From: Bacillota bacterium
Lineage (GTDB): Bacteria; Bacillota; Desulfitobacteriia; Desulfitobacteriales; JAJXUE01
Length of the DNA stretch: 64,000 nt
Reading direction: 5' to 3'
Assembly: GCA_021783135.1 (NCBI GenBank)
Contig: JAJXUE010000001.1
Coordinates: 111,055 to 175,054, forward strand
Part shown: one piece after another, positions 18,801 to 28,658 of the stretch
How the letters are laid out: each line of letters begins with the position of its first letter
Position numbering within the stretch: the first letter of the stretch is position 1
Made by a program: the position numbers and the translations under genes
The notes under the pieces: model-generated
Database searches by the model: none
Told to the model about the DNA's origin: nothing
What the model saw: the letters and a program-made list of their open reading frames with translations, nothing else

Positions 18801-19466
18801 GTGATGAATCCAGCCCAAACCGTAAGCCCGCGTATTCTTATAGTTACAGCTGTCCGTGCTGAACGTGAAGCTGTGTTGCGAGGGGTACAAGCTGACCCTA
18901 GGTTTGATGTCATCATAGGCGGCGTCGGAGCTGTAGCTGCTGCAGCTAATACAACAAGGGTCTTGGTATCTGGGCGCTATGATCTAGTTGTTTGTGCCGG
19001 TATTGGAGGAGGTTTTCTGGGCCGAGCCGAACTAGGGTCGCTGGTAGTTGCCAATAGTATCGTGTGTGCCGATTTAGGCGCAGATTCCTCGGACGGGTTT
19101 TATAGCCTTGAGGAGTTGGGTTTTGGGACAACCAAAGTTGCAGTTGATGCAAGACTGGTGGATAGTGTCGCCCTTGCCTTGAGGCAGGCCGAGCTTTGCG
19201 TAAACATTGGAGTGGTTCTAACCGTATCTACGGTTACCGGCACGCCTGCGGGTGCAGCGGGGTTGGCTGCCCGAGTGCAAGACGCTACTGCTGAAGCTAT
19301 GGAGGGGTATGGCGTTGCCTATGCTGCACATACATGCGGTATTCCTGTTTTAGAGCTGCGGGCCATCTCAAATGTGGTTGGTCCACGTGACCGTTCAGCC
19401 TGGCGTATCAAAGAGGCTCTGCAAGTACTTACAACGGCCTGTGTTATATTAACGGAGGTGTTATAA
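18801..19466 (+). CDS. mqnB: Futalosine hydrolase (PNP/MTAN-fold)
   Basis: ILIVTAVRAEREAV N-terminus and ELRAISNVVG near the C-terminus. It is adjacent to and 1-nt overlapped with an mqnD-like gene. Confidence 0.7.
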   Translation: MMNPAQTVSPRILIVTAVRAEREAVLRGVQADPRFDVIIGGVGAVAAAANTTRVLVSGRYDLVVCAGIGGGFLGRAELGSLVVANSIVCADLGADSSDGFYSLEELGFGTTKVAVDARLVDSVALALRQAELCVNIGVVLTVSTVTGTPAGAAGLAARVQDATAEAMEGYGVAYAAHTCGIPVLELRAISNVVGPRDRSAWRIKEALQVLTTACVILTEVL

Positions 19467-20308
19467 TGAAGATTGCTTTTTCACCATGTCCAAATGATAC
19501 GTTTGTTTTTCATGCGTGGGCACACGGCTTAATACCTGGTGCACCTAAACTTGACGTCACCTATGCCGATATTGATATCACCAATAGTTTGGCAGCCGGG
19601 GGCAATGGACCGGATGTAGTCAAAATTTCCTATGCCGCGCTGCCGTGGGTATTGTCGGAGTACGCCTTGTTGTCCTGTGGAGGTGCGCTAGGCCGGGGTT
19701 GCGGGCCCTTGGTTTTAATCCCTAAGGGTGACGGCACTCCACAAGCTGCCGCAGAACTTGCCGGGCGGCGCGTAGCGGTGCCCAGCGAGCGTTCAACCGC
19801 CTATTTGCTGTTTAGGTTATGGGTAGCGCAGAACGTGCCGGGCGGTGTGGGTGAAATTGTAGTTCTACCGTTTCATGAGATCATGCCAGCAGTACGTGAC
19901 GGGCAAATTGACGCTGGCCTGGTTATCCACGAGGCACGGTTTACCTATCCGGCCTACGGGTTAAACTGCTTAAAAGACCTCGGAAGCTGGTGGGAAGAGG
20001 ATACCAACTTACCTATCCCTTTAGGCGCTATTATTGCGCGGCGTTCGCTAAATCTTGACCAGATTTCGGGTTGGATTCGCGAGTCCGTCAAGTACGCCTG
20101 GACGCATCCTGAGGCATCCATGGAATATGTGTTAAGCCATGCCCAGGAGCTCTCACCTGAGGTAGCTAAAGCGCACATTAACCTGTATGTTAATGAATTT
20201 ACGGAGAATATTGGTGATGCCGGATATCAGGCGGTTGTAACCTTGCTGAGGCGTGCGTCCCAGGCGGGACTAGTACCGGAAATTGATTTTGCCACACTGT
20301 TCGCGTAA
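19466..20308 (+). CDS. mqnD: 1,4-dihydroxy-6-naphthoate synthase (VitK2 biosynthesis family)
   Basis: The N-terminal FSPCPNDTFVFHAW motif is characteristic of MqnD rather than MqnA (from memory). Confidence 0.7.
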   Translation: MKIAFSPCPNDTFVFHAWAHGLIPGAPKLDVTYADIDITNSLAAGGNGPDVVKISYAALPWVLSEYALLSCGGALGRGCGPLVLIPKGDGTPQAAAELAGRRVAVPSERSTAYLLFRLWVAQNVPGGVGEIVVLPFHEIMPAVRDGQIDAGLVIHEARFTYPAYGLNCLKDLGSWWEEDTNLPIPLGAIIARRSLNLDQISGWIRESVKYAWTHPEASMEYVLSHAQELSPEVAKAHINLYVNEFTENIGDAGYQAVVTLLRRASQAGLVPEIDFATLFA

Positions 20309-20376
20309 AGCATAGAACATATTTTTTGGGTTTATACAATAATTTATCAGAAAATCCTGGCAGAAGGGTGATCAGC

Positions 20377-21159
20377 ATGATTGTAGATATGCATGAAGTT
20401 TCCTTAATAAGAGATGGCTTATATTTGTTGGCAAATATTAATTGGCAAATCAACCCGGGTGAGAATTGGGTCGTTTTCGGCCTAAATGGTTCAGGGAAGA
20501 CTACCTTGTTAAAGCTGGTGACGTCCTATATACGGCCGTCAAAAGGCGAGATGAGTGTACTAGGCAAGCAGATTGGACGGTATGATGTGCGTGAACTGCG
20601 CAAATTAATCGGTTGGGTGAGTTCATCGCTGCAAGAACAGCTGCACGCATATGATACTATCTTAGATATAGTCTTAAGTGGTAAATTTGCTACGATTGGC
20701 TTGTATGATGTGCCCTCACAGGAAGATAAAAACAAAGCGCTGGCAATTCTACAGCAGTTGGGTTGTGAGAGTATGCTTGGGCGTACCTATGACACTTTGT
20801 CACAAGGCGAAAAACAGAAAATTCTTATCGGCAGGGCCCTGATGAATTCGCCGCAGTTGTTGATTTTGGACGAACCGTGCACGGGTCTTGATGTATTGGC
20901 GCGCGAGCAAATTCTTAAGGTAATTGACAAACTTAGCAAAGCTGAAAATGCTCCGACCTTGCTTTATGTCACGCATCATGTTGAGGAAATCCTCCCTGAG
21001 TTTAATCGGACCTTATTGCTGCAAAAAGGCAAGATTCACTCTATGGGAGTTACACGTGAAGTGATCGCGAGTGAAAACATGTCCGATTTCTTACAAACAC
21101 CCGTTTCCATCACGTGGCAAGTCAGCCGTCCTGCCATCTGCTTTGAGGTGCAAGACTAA
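20377..21159 (+). CDS. Orphan ABC-transporter ATP-binding protein (no adjacent permease)
   Basis: Walker A GLNGSGKTTL, signature LSQGEKQ, Walker B LLILDEP. ATG 20377 follows GAAGGGTGA. Confidence 0.8.
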   Translation: MIVDMHEVSLIRDGLYLLANINWQINPGENWVVFGLNGSGKTTLLKLVTSYIRPSKGEMSVLGKQIGRYDVRELRKLIGWVSSSLQEQLHAYDTILDIVLSGKFATIGLYDVPSQEDKNKALAILQQLGCESMLGRTYDTLSQGEKQKILIGRALMNSPQLLILDEPCTGLDVLAREQILKVIDKLSKAENAPTLLYVTHHVEEILPEFNRTLLLQKGKIHSMGVTREVIASENMSDFLQTPVSITWQVSRPAICFEVQD

Positions 21160-21210
21160 TACCTTAAGCCCTGCTGCTAAATAAATTCGAGGCGCTTATG
21201 CTGTAGGATT

Positions 21211-21256
21211 AGAAACGGATTGATTCTCGATATCAATCCGTTTCTGTTCGTGTTTT
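21211..21256 (+). terminator. Intrinsic terminator after the ABC ATPase gene
   Basis: Stem AGAAACGGATTGA / TCAATCCGTTTCT (13 bp) followed by a T-rich tail. Confidence 0.75.
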
Positions 21257-21354
21257 AGGTCTCTTTGTATTTCTACAATATACAAATGTCCATATTGAAT
21301 GTATATACTCTAATATGTTATTATAAAGTCATTGCAAAATAATTTAGCTCAATT

Positions 21355-22953
21355 TTGAGAGGAGTGATTACAATCAAAGTTTTAGTAATGGATGGAGTAT
21401 CAGAAGAGGGGTTAATTCCTCTGCGGCAGAACCCCCAAATTGAAGTGGTTATCGGTAGTAAGATGACTGAGGATGAGTTGGCCGGGGTCATTTCGGATTA
21501 TGAAGGTTTGATTGTTAGAAGTGCTACCAAGGTAACCGCCAAGATTTTGGAAAATGCAACCCGGCTTATCATAGTCGGACGTGCCGGCGTCGGTGTAGAT
21601 AACATTGATCTGGAAGCCGCAACTCGCAAAGGGGTATTGGTTGTCAATGCTCCGGAAGGCAATACGATTGCTGCAACAGAGCATTCTATTGCCATGATGC
21701 TCGCTATGGCACGCAGCATTCCCCAAGCCGCCGGGAAGATGAGAGAAGGCGTATGGGAGAAAAAAGGTTTCATGGGCGTTGAATTGCGCGGGAAGGTATT
21801 GGGCGTAATCGGCCTAGGTAGAATTGGTTCTGCCGTTACCTCACGGGCTCAGGCGTTAGAAATGACAGTATTGGCCTATGACCCTTTCATCACAGAAGAG
21901 AAGGCACAGAGTATGGCGGTAGAACTAGTCAGTCTGGAGGAAGTGTTCAAACGCGCTGACTTCATTACTGTGCATATGCCTAAAACTAAAGAAACCTATC
22001 ACCTGTTAAACAAAGAGGCTTTTGACCAAATGAAACAAGGTGTGCGCATTATCAACTGTGCCCGTGGTGGTATTGTCGATGAAGCAGCCCTTTATCAAGC
22101 TATGGTTGAAGGCAAGGTAGCAGGTGCTGCCTTGGACGTGTTTGAAACAGAGCCCACTACGGACAGTCCTTTGATAACATTACCTAATTTCATTGCTACA
22201 CCTCACTTAGGAGCTTCAACCGAAGAGGCCCAGCTCAATGTAGCTGTTGATGTTTCGGAGGAGATCGTTGCTGCCCTGACCGGTAAAGTAGTTAAAAATA
22301 CGGTAAATATACCCTCTATCAGCCCGCAAATCTTGGCTGCTGTACGGCCTTACCTTACATTATCTGAAAAGCTCGGGCGCTTTATAACATTCCTCATTGC
22401 CGGACGAGCTAAAAAGGTTGAGGTAATTTGTAGCGGTGACTTCAGTAAGGAAGAAGTAAGTCACATTGTTACGGCTTCGCTTAAGGGTTTGCTCGATCCA
22501 ATTTTGCAAGAAACAGTAAATTACGTTAATGCCGCTCATTTAGCTAAAAACCGTGGGATTCAGATCTTGCAATCAGTTGATGACGCCGATGAAGGATATT
22601 CCAATCTGATTACCATCAAGGTAATCACTGACAAGGGCGAGAATACGATTTCAGGTACGTTATTTGGCAACAACGACCCGCGCATCGTGGATGTGGACGG
22701 GTATAGGATAGACGTTGTTCCAACTAATTCTATGTTTTACGTACCGCATCAAGATAAACCCAGGGTAATAGGCGCGGTATGTACCATTCTCGGTACCCAC
22801 GATATCAATATTGCAACGATGTCTGTAGGGCGTAAAGAAGTTGGCGGCACTGCGATTATGTTAATGTCAGTTGACGGCGAAGTTCCGGCTGAAACCCTTC
22901 AGGGTATTGCCGGAGTTGCAGGTGTTAATGACGTAAAGTTGATCACACTTTAG
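21355..22953 (+). CDS. serA: D-3-phosphoglycerate dehydrogenase (long form with ASB and ACT domains)
   Basis: GLGRIGSAV NAD-binding motif and the PHLGASTEEAQ catalytic region. The C-terminal ACT-like domain includes VDGEVPAETL. The exact start is uncertain (TTG 21355 or GTG 21364). Confidence 0.9.
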   Translation: MRGVITIKVLVMDGVSEEGLIPLRQNPQIEVVIGSKMTEDELAGVISDYEGLIVRSATKVTAKILENATRLIIVGRAGVGVDNIDLEAATRKGVLVVNAPEGNTIAATEHSIAMMLAMARSIPQAAGKMREGVWEKKGFMGVELRGKVLGVIGLGRIGSAVTSRAQALEMTVLAYDPFITEEKAQSMAVELVSLEEVFKRADFITVHMPKTKETYHLLNKEAFDQMKQGVRIINCARGGIVDEAALYQAMVEGKVAGAALDVFETEPTTDSPLITLPNFIATPHLGASTEEAQLNVAVDVSEEIVAALTGKVVKNTVNIPSISPQILAAVRPYLTLSEKLGRFITFLIAGRAKKVEVICSGDFSKEEVSHIVTASLKGLLDPILQETVNYVNAAHLAKNRGIQILQSVDDADEGYSNLITIKVITDKGENTISGTLFGNNDPRIVDVDGYRIDVVPTNSMFYVPHQDKPRVIGAVCTILGTHDINIATMSVGRKEVGGTAIMLMSVDGEVPAETLQGIAGVAGVNDVKLITL

Positions 22954-22962
22954 GTTGAAGTT

Positions 22963-23007
22963 AAAAGGGTCTACTGTTTATATGCATGTAAACAGTAGAC
23001 CCTTTTT
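22963..23007. terminator. Bidirectional terminator between convergent serA and the hydrolase gene
   Basis: Perfect 18-bp stem AAAAGGGTCTACTGTTTA / TAAACAGTAGACCCTTTT with A/T runs on both sides. Confidence 0.85.
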
Positions 23008-23018
23008 CTGTTATGGGG

Positions 23019-23849
23019 TTAGCTAGAGGAGTGAGCCTTAAGCCAGGCAATGGCATAGGCAAAAACTTCTTCCTTGTCAGGTTCATTGTGAATTTCATGG
23101 TACATGCCATCCCAGATTTTAAGGGTACAGTTCGCTGCAGTCTGCGCGAAGGTTGTACTGGCTTGCCATGAAGTCACGGGATCCTCCTTACCATGCATCA
23201 GTAACAAGGGAAGTGTGAAGTCAGATGCATGTTTTAACGCCCACAGTCCGGCACTGTTGCAAGCACTGAACAGGCGTGCCGAGATCTGGTCATGGACGCG
23301 AGGATCTAGTTCGTAGGCTGCGACCACCTTTAGATCGTGGCTGAGTCCTTTAGCGTCCAGGCCTGTTGACTGTGTAAAAGAAGGGTAGAGTTTGGCCATC
23401 AGCCTTACTAATACGACCTTTACGGGCGACGGTGCAAAAGCTAACTTAAGCCATGGGCCGGTGGCAATGACCCCAGCCAGGGTTGGGTTGCGCCTTAGAG
23501 CATAGTTGAGGACTAAATTTCCTCCCATGCTGTGTCCGTAAAGAAACAAAGGTTGTTTAGGCGCAAGCAGGGCACCTTTGTTGAGTAAAAGTTCGAGGTC
23601 ATCCATTAAAACTGAATACGCTGGGATGTGGCCGCGTTTGCCGGAAGATTTACCGTGGCCGCGTAAATCAGAGCTAAGTACAACAAAGGATGCACGCGTT
23701 AAGGCAGACACCAAATCTGCATATCGGCCGCTGTGCTCTCCGATGCCATGCACAAGACATATTACCCCTTTTGGTTCGCCCTCCGGCTGCCATAGTTGGG
23801 TGAAAAGGCTTGCATCATTGCCCGTTAGCTGAAACTCACTGTGCCGCAA
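23019..23849 (-). CDS. Alpha/beta hydrolase (lysophospholipase / monoacylglycerol-lipase-like)
   Basis: HGIGEHSGRY oxyanion region, GHSMGG nucleophile elbow, and a C-terminal HE..NE histidine region. Confidence 0.75.
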   Translation of the reverse strand: MRHSEFQLTGNDASLFTQLWQPEGEPKGVICLVHGIGEHSGRYADLVSALTRASFVVLSSDLRGHGKSSGKRGHIPAYSVLMDDLELLLNKGALLAPKQPLFLYGHSMGGNLVLNYALRRNPTLAGVIATGPWLKLAFAPSPVKVVLVRLMAKLYPSFTQSTGLDAKGLSHDLKVVAAYELDPRVHDQISARLFSACNSAGLWALKHASDFTLPLLLMHGKEDPVTSWQASTTFAQTAANCTLKIWDGMYHEIHNEPDKEEVFAYAIAWLKAHSSS

Positions 23850-23902
23850 TTCACATCACCTCGTTTAATCACATGGTTGCATAGCTTTGAAGTCTGAAAG
23901 CA

Positions 23903-25615
23903 TTAAGGGTTAGCGCTATAACTCCCGATTAGAGGAGTAACCTCATTTGACCATAAATTCTGTTCACACGCAACATCGAGTATAGGCTTTTGAACCATTT
24001 CGGTCAGGTATTTTTCTTGTGACTGGGAGTTAACATGATTTGAAATTTGGGACAATGCATACTGGGAAAAATCACGTACGAGGCAATTAAAAATAAAATC
24101 CATTAGGTCGAGCGAAATATTGTAAATGCGACAGTTTTCAATAATCAGTTGGGCATAGACAATGAGGGTAAACATTTCGCCCAAAGCCAGCATATAGTCA
24201 ATGTTCTTGCGTTGGGTTGTATCTGGTGCCGCATTAAACAAAAACTCTCGGAACAGCTCCAACTGTTTTTTAAACACTGTCACGTTCGGCGACTCCATAC
24301 CGTCATATGCTTTACGATAATCGGGGAATTTTATCGTGGCAAGCTTGCCGGTTTTTTGCAGGAAAAGATAGGCATCGTCCGCAGGGTCATTGCGTTGGGC
24401 AATTTCCGGATAGTCAACTGGGTCGAAAAAATAGTTTTCCATGAATTTTATTACCAACGCAATATTGACGTGTGTTGTGCCCTCCAACCGTGGTATCATG
24501 CCGATATCGCGAATCGCACATTCAAAATAAGTATCTTGTTCAAAACCTTTAGCAGCAATAGCATCAAGGAGCATATCGATAACTTGCATGCCTTGGGTGG
24601 TCACCTTCATTTTTTGAATTGGGTTAAATAGAAGATAGCGTCGGTCTATGTCGGAAGAACTCCGAAAATAGTCAAGGCTACGCAAGGCGTAAAGTTTCAT
24701 CGCCACAGTACGCGCATAAGCTTCTGTGCAAATTTTTCTGATGTGGGGGAAATCTGTAACTTTTTTACCGTAAAGAGTGCGAGCATGGGCATGATCAATA
24801 GCTTCGTACAGTGCATGGGTGCAAATACCGATTGAAGCAAATCCTAACTGGAATTTACCAATATTGACCGTCGACAGGGATGAATCCCAGGCTAGAGCGC
24901 CGGTGGAAATGATATCGTCAGCGGTAATCGGGTAATTAATCAAATCGTATTCTCCCACAAAGGCGGGCCGAACACCGGAGGTCGATATTTTTTTTACCAA
25001 TTTGTAATGACGGTGTTTAGGTTCAACTACAAAAAACACGTAGTCATTGGTGTCGCTAAATTTGCCGAAGGTGCTTACCAAGGCAGCTTCGTTGGCATTG
25101 CCAATATAATATTTGCTTCCATCCGCTGAGTACGTATTATCGCCGGACGGAATTAATTTGACTTCATTTGCATAAAGATCTGCGCCGTGCGCTCGCTCTG
25201 ACAGGCCGAAGGCAAAGATAGCTCCGTCGTTAAGCAGGCTTGCAGTTTTGTGTTTAACATTCTCATTACTACCCATCCAAATGGGTCCTAGCCCCAGGAT
25301 AGTAACCTGGTAGCAGTATTGATAGGCTAGGGAATAGAAGGCTAAAACTTCGTTGTAAGCACAGATGCGGGATAAATCGAACCTAGCGTCCGCTTCCCCG
25401 TAGCCAGCCGGAGTAAGTAATGTGGCGAAGACTTTTTCTTGCTTGAGGAAGTGAATAAAATCTTCGTACCACCGACTTGCTTGATCATCCTCTTTAATAC
25501 TAATCAAGCCTTTGCGCTCGAAAAATTCAATCGTCTTCGTCATAATTTGCTCGGTTTTGGGGTCCTGGTGCATCGCGGTATACTTCTGGGGGTTAAGCAG
25601 TAAGGACATAAGCAA
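23903..25615 (-). CDS. Long (570 aa) acyl-CoA dehydrogenase family protein
   Basis: ACAD middle and C-terminal domain features (GLSERAHGADL, RTLYGKKVTDF) with an extended C-terminus. It lies immediately downstream of etfBA. Confidence 0.7.
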   Translation of the reverse strand: MLMSLLLNPQKYTAMHQDPKTEQIMTKTIEFFERKGLISIKEDDQASRWYEDFIHFLKQEKVFATLLTPAGYGEADARFDLSRICAYNEVLAFYSLAYQYCYQVTILGLGPIWMGSNENVKHKTASLLNDGAIFAFGLSERAHGADLYANEVKLIPSGDNTYSADGSKYYIGNANEAALVSTFGKFSDTNDYVFFVVEPKHRHYKLVKKISTSGVRPAFVGEYDLINYPITADDIISTGALAWDSSLSTVNIGKFQLGFASIGICTHALYEAIDHAHARTLYGKKVTDFPHIRKICTEAYARTVAMKLYALRSLDYFRSSSDIDRRYLLFNPIQKMKVTTQGMQVIDMLLDAIAAKGFEQDTYFECAIRDIGMIPRLEGTTHVNIALVIKFMENYFFDPVDYPEIAQRNDPADDAYLFLQKTGKLATIKFPDYRKAYDGMESPNVTVFKKQLELFREFLFNAAPDTTQRKNIDYMLALGEMFTLIVYAQLIIENCRIYNISLDLMDFIFNCLVRDFSQYALSQISNHVNSQSQEKYLTEMVQKPILDVACEQNLWSNEVTPLIGSYSANP

Positions 25616-25645
25616 GACCTCCTCGATATTTTATAATTATTCCCT

Positions 25646-26590
25646 CTAAGAATCCCGGATTGGCTGAGGAGTAAGGCTGTTTTGTAGCTTAACTAAGGTC
25701 TCCCAGCCATAAATGTAATGCATTTGCAAGTAGAGAATTCCCGGATTTGGTTTGTGGCGTACGAGGCGGTTTGCTCCAGCGAATACGCTAGCAGCAGGGA
25801 TGTGGGCAGCGGCTTGTTGAGCTATAAGTGCTTGGACAGCACGACAACGTGCCGCAGGGTTTGGGGCATAGTCACCGTGCGCTGGAAAATAAACTGTGGC
25901 TGATAATTGCTCCAAACGTTGTAGGCTCGCCTGAAAAGCAGGTAGACCACTAACAGCTTTATTTTGTTCTAGCCAGACACCAGGGTATGCTATTTCATTG
26001 GGAAGTAGCTGATCCCCGGTAAATAACATACCGAGCTCTGCTAAGTAAAAGGAGAAGTGACCGGGAGTGTGCCCGGGGGTTTCAATCGGCTGTAAGTGAT
26101 AATCTCCGGCTTGGAGTTGTTCGGCTGCGTTGATGTAAGCTACTGGTGGCGGACTTTCGGTGTAGCGGCGAAATGCAAGGTATACCTCTTGCATTAAGGG
26201 GTAACTTTCTGCCGGGAGTCCCCACTCGTTGTATATGGTGTTTTGCATGTTCTTCACATAGTCCGGCTGAGTGAATTCCTGCCACTCCTTATAATCGCGT
26301 GCGCTAATTAATACTCTAGCCCCTGTCTGGGCCAAAGCCACGGCAGCTCCCGCATGGTCTACATGCCAGTGAGACAAGATGACCTGCTCAAGTTTGGGTA
26401 CACCTACTTGTTCACACATGTCAAGGATAGCTTGGATACTCTGCCCGACATTGGTACCACAATCTAACAGGGTTGGAACTGCGCCGGTAAATAAAAACAG
26501 GTTAACGTGTTCCACACTTACAGGCACCGGAACCCGCAGTTGAAATATATTACGAGCAATTTCTTTTATTTCCGGCTTGCCTTCTTTCAT
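25646..26590 (-). CDS. Metallo-beta-lactamase-fold hydrolase
   Basis: SHWHVDHAGA (HxHxDH) and TPGHTPGH motifs. Confidence 0.75.
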   Translation of the reverse strand: MKEGKPEIKEIARNIFQLRVPVPVSVEHVNLFLFTGAVPTLLDCGTNVGQSIQAILDMCEQVGVPKLEQVILSHWHVDHAGAAVALAQTGARVLISARDYKEWQEFTQPDYVKNMQNTIYNEWGLPAESYPLMQEVYLAFRRYTESPPPVAYINAAEQLQAGDYHLQPIETPGHTPGHFSFYLAELGMLFTGDQLLPNEIAYPGVWLEQNKAVSGLPAFQASLQRLEQLSATVYFPAHGDYAPNPAARCRAVQALIAQQAAAHIPAASVFAGANRLVRHKPNPGILYLQMHYIYGWETLVKLQNSLTPQPIRDS

Positions 26591-26608
26591 GCACTTTCCC
26601 CTTTTCGG

Positions 26609-27595
26609 CTAAGCTAAACGTTGTTTGAACTCATGCGTGAGTAAAGGAACTATTTCAAATAGATCACCCACAATACCATAATCTGCTACAGCAAAGATAT
26701 TTGCTTCAGGATCCTTATTGATCGCCACAATAACCTTGGAGGAGCCCATACCTGCGAGGTGTTGAATTGCGCCAGAGATACCACAGGCAATATAGAGCGT
26801 GGGTGAAACAGTCTTGCCGGTTTGGCCGACCTGATATTTATACTCGCGATAGCCTGAGTCTACAGCTGCGCGCGAGGCTCCGACAGCGGCACCAAGCACA
26901 TCAGCTAATTCATCCACAACTCGAAAGTTTTCCGCTGACTTTATGCCGCGTCCAGCTGAAACAATAATGTTAGCGTCAGTTAGTTCCGGACGGCTGGATG
27001 CTGCTCGCACAACTTCACGGATAATTGCCCTAAGATCAGCCGGGTCAATGTTTACAGCAGTCTCAATTACTTTAGCACTGCGGTCTTGTGCCGGATCGGC
27101 AAGAGTAAAGGTGTTCGGACGGATAGTGGTGATAATAGGAGTAACCTCAGTATGAATATGGCTAAAGGCTTTACCGGCATAGATGGGTCGAGTAAATTTG
27201 ACAAAGTAATTATCATCCTGCTCCATCCCAACACAGTCCGAAACTAGTCCGACACCCAAACGCTGAGCGAGGCGAGGAGCCAGGTCTTTGCCGAGGACAG
27301 TGTGCCCAAGTAAGACCAGTTTAGGTTGGTGTTCTCTAATAACCTTGTTGAGCACCGATGTATATGCTCCGGTGCTGTAGTTTTCTAGAGCGGGAGCCTC
27401 AGCCAAAATCACTTGGTCGGCGCCATATGCAGCTACGACTGGGATTAACTCACCTACACCAGTGCCTAAAAGAACAGCGCTTACAACTTCGCCTGTGCGG
27501 TCTGCCAGCCGGCGGCCTTCTGAGAGTAGCTCGAGTGATACTTTGCGCAGTTGCCCATTTGTATGTTCCAGAATGACAAAAATATCGTTTGCCAT
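26609..27595 (-). CDS. etfA: Electron transfer flavoprotein alpha subunit
   Basis: C-terminal FAD-binding region [28 protein letters not shown]. Confidence 0.9.
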   Translation of the reverse strand: MANDIFVILEHTNGQLRKVSLELLSEGRRLADRTGEVVSAVLLGTGVGELIPVVAAYGADQVILAEAPALENYSTGAYTSVLNKVIREHQPKLVLLGHTVLGKDLAPRLAQRLGVGLVSDCVGMEQDDNYFVKFTRPIYAGKAFSHIHTEVTPIITTIRPNTFTLADPAQDRSAKVIETAVNIDPADLRAIIREVVRAASSRPELTDANIIVSAGRGIKSAENFRVVDELADVLGAAVGASRAAVDSGYREYKYQVGQTGKTVSPTLYIACGISGAIQHLAGMGSSKVIVAINKDPEANIFAVADYGIVGDLFEIVPLLTHEFKQRLA

Positions 27596-27625
27596 AAATT
27601 CTTCCTCCTTGCAATTTACCCGTTA

Positions 27626-28408
27626 TTAAATGACTTTGGCTTCTGCCAGTAATACTTGAACTAATTCAGCTGCGGTTTGCTCCGGTTCGCCGAAGATGCG
27701 CCGACCGGCTTGCCGTTGGGGTGGCAGGCTAAAGGAAGCTAGCTTCATTTTGGCTCCTGTCTGTCCGATGGCGGCAGGAGAAATGCCTAGATCGGCCAGA
27801 CTGAGTATTTTCAACTCTTTCTTTTTAGCTTTCATAATGCCGGCAACAGATGGATAACGGGGTTCGTTTAGTCCTTTTTGAGCGGTTAAAACTGCGGGTA
27901 GAGTAACTTCTATCACTTCATAACCACCGTCAATATCATGCGTAACTATTGCGACATTCTCGTTAATTTCCAGACTGAGGACACTTGATACTGAATCAAC
28001 ACCTAAAATTTCCGCTAAACGGATAGCTACTTGACTGGATTGTTCGTCAATTGCCACCCTGCCGGTTAAGATGATGTCATAGGGCAAAGTCTTAATTACT
28101 TCTGCCAGTACATTGGCGGTAACAAATTCGTCGCTGCCTTCTAAGGCAGATTCTTGTAAGGCTACAGCCTTATCTGCGCCCATGGCCAGGGCGCAGCGCA
28201 AAGCTTCGCTTACGTGTGAGCCGCCTAAGGCTACCACTGTGACCTCCCCGCCAAACTGTTCTTTCAGCTTGATTCCTTCCTCAATGGCAAATTCGTCGTA
28301 GGGATTAATTATTAGGCTTACTCCACTTGGATCAATTTTGCCCTCCGAGTCCAATACTATTTTCGCTTCTGTGTCGAAAGTTTGTCTCAACCAAACAACA
28401 ATATTCAC
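27626..28408 (-). CDS. etfB: Electron transfer flavoprotein beta subunit
   Basis: INPYDEFAIEEGIKLKE and DIILTGRVAIDEQSSQV motifs, paired with etfA. Confidence 0.9.
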   Translation of the reverse strand: MNIVVWLRQTFDTEAKIVLDSEGKIDPSGVSLIINPYDEFAIEEGIKLKEQFGGEVTVVALGGSHVSEALRCALAMGADKAVALQESALEGSDEFVTANVLAEVIKTLPYDIILTGRVAIDEQSSQVAIRLAEILGVDSVSSVLSLEINENVAIVTHDIDGGYEVIEVTLPAVLTAQKGLNEPRYPSVAGIMKAKKKELKILSLADLGISPAAIGQTGAKMKLASFSLPPQRQAGRRIFGEPEQTAAELVQVLLAEAKVI

Positions 28409-28444
28409 AGCGGTTCCTCCTTTGTAGTTAGAAGCAAGAGTTTG

Positions 28445-28484
28445 CTATACCTAAATGAATGAACGTTCACTCATTTAGGTATAG
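28445..28484. promoter_or_regulatory. 40-bp near-perfect palindrome (operator candidate, FadR-box-like) upstream of etfB
   Basis: CTATACCTAAATGAATGAAC | GTTCACTCATTTAGGTATAG, with 19 of 20 positions complementary. It lies 37 nt upstream of the etfB start on the minus strand. Confidence 0.6.
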
Positions 28485-28658
28485 CGTATCATATAAACCC
28501 AAGTACAGACAATAGGTTTATGTAAATTTTCTTATGCAAAATCCTACCTATATTTATAACTTTTAATTTGTGCTGGACAAGTCCCTGAGTGGCGTTGTTA
28601 AAAAAAGACAGTCGTCAAAATGACGACTGTCTAAGCATCGATTATGTTAAATATACTA

